Positions 56,817 to 64,000 of a stretch of 64,000 nucleotides of DNA are shown one piece after another. The position numbers and the translations under genes are program-made. Positions within the stretch are counted from its first letter, which is position 1; each line of letters opens with the position of its first letter. The stretch spans positions 1,312,001 through 1,376,000 of the forward strand of contig OY970160.1 of NCBI GenBank assembly GCA_963706445.1, read 5' to 3'. A model generated the notes under the pieces. The model saw nothing but the letters and a program-made list of their open reading frames with translations, ran no database searches and was not told the origin of the DNA. Origin of the DNA: an uncultured Nitrososphaerales archaeon (GTDB taxonomy: Archaea; Thermoproteota; Nitrososphaeria; Nitrososphaerales; Gagatemarchaeaceae).

Positions 56817-57359
56817 CTACTTCTTTCTGCTTGCGATTATGAATCCAAGGCCGCCGAGGACCGCGCCCAGGGCCGCCAACATGACCAGGCCTCCGATGGG
56901 GTTCACCAACTGCCCCAGGTAGGTGACATGAATCTGAAGGTCCGTGTATCCTAGACCCCCAGATGAAACGGCGGCGCCCGACCAGCCTGCCAAGTAGCCA
57001 CCCCACATCATCAGGATCATGCTACCAGCCACCCCGACATTCATGAACACGAGGTGCCCCCACGCGAGGTAGTTCGTCAGCCCGTGGTACACCTTGCCCA
57101 TCGTTCCTTCGATATAGGAGTAGAAGACGGCAGTGACTGCCATTGCGACTACACCCACGATGAGGAACAAGACATAGCCAGTGAACATCCACGTCCCGCC
57201 GCCACCGCTAGCGATGACTTTGGAGGGAGCGTAGTACCAGTTGATGCCGAAGTAACTCCAGGGTTCTACGATCAAAACAGTTGCGGCGACGGCGATAATG
57301 CCCTGGATGATTGAGGCCCAGATGAACCTCCAAGCCCACTTTCCTTGGGTAGGTTGCAT
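56817..57359 (-). CDS. Hypothetical multi-pass membrane protein
   Basis: Four to five TM helices, LAWGHL.FMN.G motif; TATA-like box about 30 nt upstream. Confidence 0.8.
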   Translation of the reverse strand: MQPTQGKWAWRFIWASIIQGIIAVAATVLIVEPWSYFGINWYYAPSKVIASGGGGTWMFTGYVLFLIVGVVAMAVTAVFYSYIEGTMGKVYHGLTNYLAWGHLVFMNVGVAGSMILMMWGGYLAGWSGAAVSSGGLGYTDLQIHVTYLGQLVNPIGGLVMLAALGAVLGGLGFIIASRKK

Positions 57360-57469
57360 GATGTTTGACCTGGCGCCTCCCCGACCCTATTTAAGCAAAG
57401 AAGGCCCTTTTTCGGAGACTCAACAAATCCTTGGAGATATTCAGGAATGGGAAACCGTGTTCAAGACTC

Positions 57470-57489
57470 CCCCGGCCGGGGTTCGAACC
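57470..57489 (-). repeat. Direct copy of the tRNA-Glu 3' end (att-like site)
   Basis: CCCCGGCCGGGGTTCGAACC versus CCCCGGCCGGGATTCGAACC at 61387-61406 (19/20 identical, same orientation). Confidence 0.75.
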
Positions 57490-57523
57490 GAAAAATGGGT
57501 ACAGACCCATTCAGGCGACGAAG

Positions 57524-58069
57524 TCACTCTTGCTGGACATATGGCCTGATAAGTTCCTCTTCTGACAGTGGCTGTCTCTTGAACCAGACCACCTCGATCA
57601 CGCCGAACGTCTTCTTTAGGCCGTCGCGTATCTTGACTATCAGTGCCTGCACTTCCTTACGTGACATCTTCTCGCCTTGTTCCTGTTGCGAACTTAGTTC
57701 CATGATGGTTTCGTTTATTGATGAAATCAACTCGATGGGCCCGACGTGGCTTGCGTTCTCCCTCGCCATCTTCAGACAAGAATAGATCGACGAGCTAGTT
57801 TCCTGCCATATGAGCATCATAAGCGCTTCATGCGAGTCCTTTGAGGACAGGCCCCACGCGGCCGCGACCCTCTCCAAGGTCTGATTGAACGCCTTTTCAG
57901 TGCTGGACTCGGAGAGTAGCGCAGCTGCGTCTAATGCCCTGCAGATGTTTTCCGCACGTTCCAGCCATCGCCCCATCCAAATCAGATTGTAGACCCGAGA
58001 ATCCGTCAACCACTTGTCCTTGGCAAAGACGACCGAACGTGGATCCTCCGATGGCTTCGGGGCAGCCAC
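57524..58069 (-). CDS. Alpha-E domain protein (DUF403-like)
   Basis: WMGRWLERAEN..R.LD and SI..C…ARENA motifs. Confidence 0.88.
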   Translation of the reverse strand: MAAPKPSEDPRSVVFAKDKWLTDSRVYNLIWMGRWLERAENICRALDAAALLSESSTEKAFNQTLERVAAAWGLSSKDSHEALMMLIWQETSSSIYSCLKMARENASHVGPIELISSINETIMELSSQQEQGEKMSRKEVQALIVKIRDGLKKTFGVIEVVWFKRQPLSEEELIRPYVQQE

Positions 58070-58090
58070 AGCGTCATTTAGCCCCTTTGG

Positions 58091-58939
58091 CTAATATGTG
58101 TTTATCCTAATCGCAGAAGCATATACCCGGCTCAACCCACCCGTGCCAGTCGACAGGAAGGTTCCGCTGACTGGGGAGACGTCCGTGTAATCTCGCCCCA
58201 CGGCGAGCTTCAGGTACTTCGTCCCTGCGTCGACCAATATCCCCTTCGTGGGGTCGGCTGGGAGCCACCCATATGCGGGATGGAGAAACTCAAGGTACGC
58301 ATGGGTGTCGCCGTCCTGCTCCGTCAAGATGCAGCTCACATAACGCGAAGGTATCCACAGCGCACGAAGGACGCCCAAGGCCAGATGGACCTTGTCTTGG
58401 CAGACGCCGCTGCCATTGGCAAGGACCTGGTGAGCCTCTGTTAGGACCGTGGTCGTACCCTTCTCGTACTTGATGTTGTCATGGACCCACTGCGTTATCT
58501 TTCCTACAGTCTCCAAGAGACTGTTTGAATCCCCCGCGACTTTCAGGGCTAGGTCGCGCAAGAGATAGGGCTTCACCAACGGTGAGGGGGAGAGAAAGTC
58601 CGTCACGTCTTGGCTGAACTTCATGTTCTGCACCGGCGAGTCGGTGTACGGTCCGCGCCAGGGCACCAGCCTGAATCTTCCCTGCGAGACGATGCTCAGT
58701 TCCCTGTGCCTGGTCGTTACCTTGATGCGGCGTACGATGTTGCCGTAGGTGTCATTGAATTCCACGTATGCCGAGGGTGGAGAAGTCACCACGTCATAGC
58801 TGTCGAGAAACGTGTGGTCGTCCGCATGCGGTATGACCCGCAGGAAATCGTCGTTTTGCAGGACGTAATCCGAGTATCTGTAGACAGTCTCGTAACGGTA
58901 CTGTCCTGTGAATTCGGCCGGGCCTACTTGAGAACCCAT
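58091..58939 (-). CDS. Transglutaminase-like protein with a bacterial N-terminal domain
   Basis: GVCQD (Cys), HAYLEF (His), W..ADPT (Asp), AVGRDY.DV.P. Confidence 0.92.
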   Translation of the reverse strand: MGSQVGPAEFTGQYRYETVYRYSDYVLQNDDFLRVIPHADDHTFLDSYDVVTSPPSAYVEFNDTYGNIVRRIKVTTRHRELSIVSQGRFRLVPWRGPYTDSPVQNMKFSQDVTDFLSPSPLVKPYLLRDLALKVAGDSNSLLETVGKITQWVHDNIKYEKGTTTVLTEAHQVLANGSGVCQDKVHLALGVLRALWIPSRYVSCILTEQDGDTHAYLEFLHPAYGWLPADPTKGILVDAGTKYLKLAVGRDYTDVSPVSGTFLSTGTGGLSRVYASAIRINTY

Positions 58940-60294
58940 GTTGGCTTGCACGACCCTCCAGAAGAGTTGTTGGTAATCCTTGTGTTGGCTCTGGCGACTC
59001 GTGTAAGACCACCCGGAAAGACGGTCACCCTATCCTCCCCATCCTGCACCGCGTAGACCCGGAGGTCGATGTATCGCTCTTCAAATCCTCCCGACTCTCT
59101 GTCGAAAACGACGTGCTTCGAGAAATCCAGCGGCTCCTGAGCTATGAACGCGAATGGCTTGTCGATTATCCGCTGCGACATTGACTTGCGATGGCCTTTG
59201 TCTAGATCCTCCATGATGTACACCCCGAGTCCGCCGTATCCCTCTCTGGCCTTGAAGACCAGGTTGCCGATGTTCTGGAGCGCGAACTGCCTGTCCTTGG
59301 GATCCATGAGGTTGTAGGCCTTGGCATTGGGGAGTATCGGCTCCCGGCCGAGGTAGCGTCGTATCATCTCTGGCACCCATAGGTACACCAGCTTGTCGTC
59401 TGCGACCCCTGTGCCCATGGCGTTCACGAGGGTCACCTTGCCTTGGCGGTAGGCCTCAGTGAGTCCAGGAACAAAGAGCTCGAGGTCCTCCACCCTGCGG
59501 TAGATGAGGTCGACCTTGACGTCCCCGTCGATGGTTCGGGCACGGACGGTTCCATCCTCTCCTATGAATAAGTCTGAGCCTTCGACAAGAGGAATCCCGA
59601 GAACGTCGGAGAGGTATCGATGTTCGAAGAACGCCGGGCCGAAGCTGCCATCTGTAAGGATGACGCAGGTGGGCGAGCGGGTGCTGCATAGGGACTTGAA
59701 AAGACGCAGGTATGTGCTGCGTATTTCGTAGTCTCTCACTCTGTATGGTCGCTTCAGCTCGGGGAGGGCTTTCTCAGTTATGTCCCTGCACTTCAGTTGG
59801 TATGATATCCCTGAAGGGATACGTAGGTTGTCTTCTAGGACAACGTAGTTCCTGTTGCCCAGGTTCACAAGGTCGACGCCGTAGATGTGTGCGTAGACAT
59901 CCTTGGCCGGCCTCACCTTTTGGAGGCTGGGGTTGAAGTTGACGGAGGAATACACGACGCTTTTGGGGACAACGTCCTGATTGCCGCAGTAGAGCTCAAG
60001 CAGGAATTTGTTGATCGCCCTCAGGCGCTGTTCGACGCCGGCGGCAATCCGCGACCATTCCTTGGGCCCGATCATCCGAGGAACCCAATCCATTGGGACG
60101 GGCCTCCACCGGTGCGGGTCCATCTGGAAGGTGAACGAGTCCAACTCCACTTGTCGATTCGCTTTTGACCATCTCTTGCCTATTTCCTTCGATCCGAGGC
60201 CCTTGATGGCCTCGATCATTTTTGAATATGGAGACCTGACGCTCTTGTCCGGACCAAAGACTTCGTTGTTGGCTGATGAAACGCGGGTTTGCAG
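58924..60294 (-). CDS. Circularly permuted type 2 ATP-grasp protein
   Basis: G.EQR..A.N.FL, VLEDNLR.PSG.SY, YRRV, GVADDK, DLR, GGLTRVA, N.S.GG..K.TWV; homologous N-terminus extends to CTG 60294 (first ATG at 60219). Confidence 0.92.
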   Translation of the reverse strand: MQTRVSSANNEVFGPDKSVRSPYSKMIEAIKGLGSKEIGKRWSKANRQVELDSFTFQMDPHRWRPVPMDWVPRMIGPKEWSRIAAGVEQRLRAINKFLLELYCGNQDVVPKSVVYSSVNFNPSLQKVRPAKDVYAHIYGVDLVNLGNRNYVVLEDNLRIPSGISYQLKCRDITEKALPELKRPYRVRDYEIRSTYLRLFKSLCSTRSPTCVILTDGSFGPAFFEHRYLSDVLGIPLVEGSDLFIGEDGTVRARTIDGDVKVDLIYRRVEDLELFVPGLTEAYRQGKVTLVNAMGTGVADDKLVYLWVPEMIRRYLGREPILPNAKAYNLMDPKDRQFALQNIGNLVFKAREGYGGLGVYIMEDLDKGHRKSMSQRIIDKPFAFIAQEPLDFSKHVVFDRESGGFEERYIDLRVYAVQDGEDRVTVFPGGLTRVARANTRITNNSSGGSCKPTWVLK

Positions 60295-60460
60295 GGATGT
60301 GAAAGCGAAGACGGATGTGAAAAACGTTTAGGCCCGTGAAGAGTAGGTGTCAAAAGCTCGGTGGACCTTTTCGAGTGGATTCGGGCATCCAAATGGATGC
60401 TCTTCGCGTGGGCAATGAGCGTGCCAAAAGTTTGAATCCGACGGAAATCGTCAAATCTAC

Positions 60461-61342
60461 GTGGCAAGACAGAACGTCCGAAATACTGCTCTTGGCGCAG
60501 CAACATGTCGTCTGATCGAGCAGTACCAGCCTGAAGGAACCCGACTTGTAGACGACCCGGTGGTCAAGGACCTGGTGGGAACACTCATCCGGGGGCTGAT
60601 GAAGTTCGCCAGAATGCGCAATTTCACAATAAAACGAACAGATGCAATCATGCCAGGGATCTTCGGCGGCCTGATCTGTCGTGCGCGTTTCATCGACGAT
60701 GTTGTCAAGATGGCCGTATCGCAAGGCGTGGGACAACTGGTGATTTTGGGTGCCGGGTTTGATACACGGCCTTATCGCCTAGCCGGTCTGGAGCGAGTCA
60801 AAGTAGTTGAGGTTGACTTGCCATCAGTGCAGGACGAAAAAAGGAAGAACCTCCAGAAACACTTCGGCCGGTTGTCTGAAAAAGTAACTTTTGTCCCCAT
60901 CGACTTTGATACACAGAGCCTTGAAGGCGTCTTAACAGATACAGCCTTCGATCCTTCCAAACCTGTGGTCTTTGTCTGGGAAGGTGTTACCCAGTATATC
61001 CCGGAGGTGGCCGTCCGCCGGACATTAGCCTTTGTAGGTAATTCTGCTCCTGAAAGCACCCTCTTGTTCACATACGTCCTAAAGAGCGTTGTGGAGCGGA
61101 GTTCAGGCATTCCAGGGGCGGATAGACTGATGGATGTTGTGGCGAAGAATAATGCCCCTTGGGTCTTCGGCCTAGAGTCCTCCGATGTTCTAACTTTCCT
61201 GAAGCCATTTCATCTTAGCTTGACAGCAGACGTTGGGAATGCAAATTATCAAGCGAGTTATCTCGAACCTCTGTGAAGAAATCTAGTCGCGTCTGAATGC
61301 GAGCGGGTCGTTCAAGCGACCATATTCGTGCATGATACATAA
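60461..61342 (+). pseudogene. SAM-dependent methyltransferase (LCM/TIGR00027-like) with an in-frame TGA near the C-terminus
   Basis: R.RFIDD, QLVILGAGFDTR.YRL, EVDLP, WEGVTQY; frame continues after TGA 61274-61276 to TAA 61340-61342. Confidence 0.75.
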
Positions 61343-61384
61343 TTCAAACGGCGGATAGTCGCAACACCCTGAGCTTGGATTCTT

Positions 61385-61494
61385 TGCCCCGGCCGGGATT
61401 CGAACCCGGGTCGCCGACTCGAAAGGCCAGCATACTCTCGGCGCCGAATGCTTGACCGGGCTGTACGTCCGAGCGGACCCTATACTACCGGGGC
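61385..61494 (-). tRNA. tRNA-Glu(TTC) with two D-arm introns (19 nt and 16 nt)
   Basis: GCCCCGG/CCGGGGC acceptor, CTGGC-CTTTCGA-GTCGG anticodon arm, CCGGG-TTCGAAT-CCCGG T-arm; removing 19+16 nt restores TAGTATAGCCCGGTCAAGTATG and a 75-nt tRNA. Confidence 0.88.
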
Positions 61495-61520
61495 TGAAAT
61501 GCCCCAAATGTAGTCGTCAA

Positions 61521-62237
61521 TTAGAGCTTTCGTGCGGCCTTGATTGTAAAGGAGCACCATTCACCCAAGCGGTCGAACAGGTCGACGAGGTCCTGCCTAT
61601 TGACTTCGACACCACTCACGAAGTGGAGGACACCGTCCCGAGGTAGGTAAGAGTTCCTTGGGTTTCGTTTCCCAGCGACCCTTAGGGTCGTGGAGACTGT
61701 CGGACCGTCGATCGTCGAGACGAAAAAGCGCCTCCTTCCACAGATTTTCGGCGTGGACCCGTCTTCCGGGAAATCAGTGAGCAATTCATAGCGTCCTCCA
61801 GCCTGACCTAGGAGGAATGTGCAAGCTGTACGTTCGTCGGGGGAGAGGGCGCAATCCCCGGCCGACAGCAGGGCGTCCCAATTCGAGGAAGATTCGAGTC
61901 TTTTCATGAACCGGACCTCCGTCGCCCCCGTGGAGCGTCTGAAGTAAAGAGACTCCATCGTCCGAAGCGTGGCCGCCTCTTTCTCGCAATCAAGGATTCC
62001 AGGAATCGTCGGCAGTATCTCATCTGACGGGTCGAAGGCTGACCAGCAGAGCCCGGCCGAATCTATGTTGAGCTTCCCTTCCTTCGTTCTGACGACTACA
62101 CTATTCGGGGATGCTGTCAGGATTCTGTCTCCCTTGAAGCGCTCGGACAAGAGTCCCATCTGCTTCGAATTCAGCTTCGGAAGAAGCAGGTAGTGTGTAC
62201 CCCGCAGCTTGAACTGGTGGACCTTGTAGCGGAGCAT
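61521..62237 (-). CDS. Hypothetical protein
   Basis: ORF of about 238 aa filling the gap; shares an AT-rich promoter region (AAAATATATA) with the divergent gene. Confidence 0.65.
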   Translation of the reverse strand: MLRYKVHQFKLRGTHYLLLPKLNSKQMGLLSERFKGDRILTASPNSVVVRTKEGKLNIDSAGLCWSAFDPSDEILPTIPGILDCEKEAATLRTMESLYFRRSTGATEVRFMKRLESSSNWDALLSAGDCALSPDERTACTFLLGQAGGRYELLTDFPEDGSTPKICGRRRFFVSTIDGPTVSTTLRVAGKRNPRNSYLPRDGVLHFVSGVEVNRQDLVDLFDRLGEWCSFTIKAARKL

Positions 62238-62297
62238 GCCCGACCGATTAGGCATACAAAATATATAGAAACCTAATCCACGAAAGACTGACCTAGC

Positions 62298-63155
62298 ATG
62301 GGAGAGGACAGGGCCGTTTCAATCGAATCCCTGGAGGCGCGCATGAAGTCATACGCTACCCGGGTGAACTCGGCCCTTGCTCGCGAGCTGAAGCTCTACA
62401 CCCATTCAAGGTTCCACGACCCCCTGGTCTACGTCATCGAAGGTGGGAAGCGGGTGAGACCGGTCATGCTCATGGCCTCGGCAGAGGCACTGGGGTGCAA
62501 GGACGACTCGGTCCTCGGAGCCGCCGTCGCCGTAGAGCTGCTTCACACCGAATCGATCATACACGACGACGTGATAGACGAGGAGAAGATCAGACGGGCC
62601 AAGATGCCGTTCCACCTGAAGTATGGCTACAGCGCGTCCCTGCTCAGCGCGGATTTCGTCTTCGCCATGATTCTGGCCATAGCCGCCAGGTACGACGACA
62701 GAAGGGTCGCCGAAGAGGTTAGCAACGCCGCGCTGCAGATGGCGGAGGGTGAGTACTCGGAACTCACCATCGACCCGCAGATCTACAAGCTCACCTGGGA
62801 CGAGTATATCAGGATCGTCACTGAGAAGACAGCGTCACTCTTTGAGACATCGGCCAAGCTAGGTGCAATCATCGCCGGGGGTGATGAGAAGGAGGTCGAG
62901 GCCCTCGCAGATTACGGGAGGTGCATAGGGATCGCCTACCAGCTGAAGGACGACCTGCTGGACTGGAGGTCTCAGGACAAGGTGTCGGTCGGCCTTCTGA
63001 AAACCCACAGCGAGAGCGAAGTGGTGGGGAAGATGACAGCCCAGGCAGAATCCTACGCGGAAGAGGCGAAGATGCGCCTGATGCATCTCCCTAGGAATGA
63101 AGCGACCGCCTTATTGGAAGACCTTTCGGACTTTTCGATACTCAGAGAATACTGA
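62298..63155 (+). CDS. Polyprenyl diphosphate synthase (GGPP synthase family)
   Basis: GGKRVRP, IHDDVID…RR, KTASLF, YQLKDDLLD. Confidence 0.93.
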   Translation: MGEDRAVSIESLEARMKSYATRVNSALARELKLYTHSRFHDPLVYVIEGGKRVRPVMLMASAEALGCKDDSVLGAAVAVELLHTESIIHDDVIDEEKIRRAKMPFHLKYGYSASLLSADFVFAMILAIAARYDDRRVAEEVSNAALQMAEGEYSELTIDPQIYKLTWDEYIRIVTEKTASLFETSAKLGAIIAGGDEKEVEALADYGRCIGIAYQLKDDLLDWRSQDKVSVGLLKTHSESEVVGKMTAQAESYAEEAKMRLMHLPRNEATALLEDLSDFSILREY

Positions 63156-63181
63156 GAAGCTCGGATGGATTGGGTTCGTTT

Positions 63182-63496
63182 CTAACCTGACTGCCCGAGG
63201 ATGATGAAGGCTATCGCGAACCCGTAGATGGCGATTGCTTCTGCCAGCACCACAAAAATCAGTGCGGTGGTCCTTACTTCTGCCTTCTCAGTGACAGCCG
63301 CTATGGCCGCAGAACCTGACGTACCGACGCCCACTCCTGCGCCGAGCGCTGCCAGTCCGAATGCCAGTCCAGCTGCGAGGAACTGTTGACCGTTGGCGGC
63401 GGCGCCGGGGGTTATTGCGAAGACCGGAGTCGAAATCGCAGAGACAAGCGTTAGGAGAAACGCGCCGACGAGGGTCGCCCGGAAAATCCTTCGCAT
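63182..63496 (-). CDS. atpK: A/V-type ATP synthase subunit K (c)
   Basis: Signal-like N-terminus, GLAALGAGVG, LAEAIAIYG ion-binding Glu. Confidence 0.93.
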   Translation of the reverse strand: MRRIFRATLVGAFLLTLVSAISTPVFAITPGAAANGQQFLAAGLAFGLAALGAGVGVGTSGSAAIAAVTEKAEVRTTALIFVVLAEAIAIYGFAIAFIILGQSG

Positions 63497-63563
63497 TGTT
63501 CGACGAAAAAGCGGCTCGAAATACCGCTTATAAATGTTGGGAGATTCTGAGATTTTCGCGGCG

Positions 63564-64000
63564 CTAAATTCGAAGTTTGGAGATTATTTTCTTCGGATCT
63601 ATCCCCGCTTCCACTCCGATGGCGATGGCCGCAAGGTTGCTGACCTCGAACTCGAGGAGCTTAATCAGTCCGAGGATCGTCCCCGGGCTCAGGCCCTGCC
63701 AGACGAACGCGAGTGTCGCGGTCTCTTTCGATAGGTTGGCGAATCCATCCTCGACCATGTCGATGAGTTCCTCGTCATACTGTGCCCCCTGGAGCTGGAA
63801 GCGATAGGAGGACTCAATCAGCTTCACGGCCTCTGTAACGGAATCCGCTGCTGCCATGCTGTAGAGAATGGGAATCTGGACCCTGCGGGCCGGGATGATG
63901 ATGAGTTCCTGGATTTCAGCCTCCGAAAGGCCCCAGAGCTTTGCCCTGAGCACGGCGAGCACATTGTAGGCGTCAACATCGATTGCCACCAATTCCCGGA
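63564..64000 (-). CDS. atpC: A/V-type ATP synthase subunit C, C-terminal part (runs off window)
   Basis: D..N….LRAK..GL, E.EV.NL..IA.G…G….I…L; adjacent to atpK. Confidence 0.85.
   Translation of the reverse strand, partial: RELVAIDVDAYNVLAVLRAKLWGLSEAEIQELIIIPARRVQIPILYSMAAADSVTEAVKLIESSYRFQLQGAQYDEELIDMVEDGFANLSKETATLAFVWQGLSPGTILGLIKLLEFEVSNLAAIAIGVEAGIDPKKIISKLRI

Larger units (their letters stand above)
57470..61406. mobile_element. tRNA-Glu-anchored integrative island remnant (no integrase)
   Basis: Bounded by the tRNA 3' end and its partial duplicate; bacterial-type cargo; parts look more AT-rich than the flanks. Confidence 0.55.

Noticed and set aside
61274-61276. Selenocysteine or programmed readthrough at the in-frame TGA
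   Set aside because: Not a catalytic Cys position, no supporting signal seen, and TGA is used as an ordinary stop throughout the window
1-64000. CRISPR array, cas genes, rRNA, transposase or integrase
   Set aside because: No regularly spaced repeats or recognisable motifs found by eye

Overview
A GC-rich (roughly 60%) archaeal chromosomal segment. Marker genes are a thermosome, a CdvB/ESCRT-III protein, A-type ATPase K and C subunits, a polyprenyl (GGPP-type) synthase, geranylgeranyl reductases, a Grs-like radical SAM protein and intron-containing tRNAs. These point to a TACK archaeon, most plausibly a non-ammonia-oxidising Nitrososphaerota-type lineage (inference). Most of the window is housekeeping and heterotrophic metabolism: MFS/ABC/DMT transporters, peptidases, F420-dependent oxidoreductases, nuoABCD, citrate synthase, proline dehydrogenase and PolX. 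I found no CRISPR array, rRNA, transposase or integrase. The most unusual items are: (1) a catalytically intact citrate synthase with an N-terminal ribbon-helix-helix-like domain, coupled to a CBS protein; (2) an MscL whose normally C-terminal helical bundle appears at the N-terminus, an apparent circular permutation; (3) a tRNA-Arg(CCT) split by three introns and a tRNA-Glu(TTC) with two D-arm introns; (4) a ~3.9 kb island bounded by the tRNA-Glu 3' end and a 19/20 copy of it, carrying a bacterial-type circularly permuted ATP-grasp / transglutaminase / alpha-E operon; (5) a stand-alone, oversized NurA-HerA pair without mre11/rad50; and (6) a divergent membrane-tethered wHTH / DUF4349-PKD module with a central inverted repeat. 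Several genes carry frameshifts or a premature stop, which may be pseudogenes or assembly errors. All family assignments come from motif recognition by eye; no searches were run.
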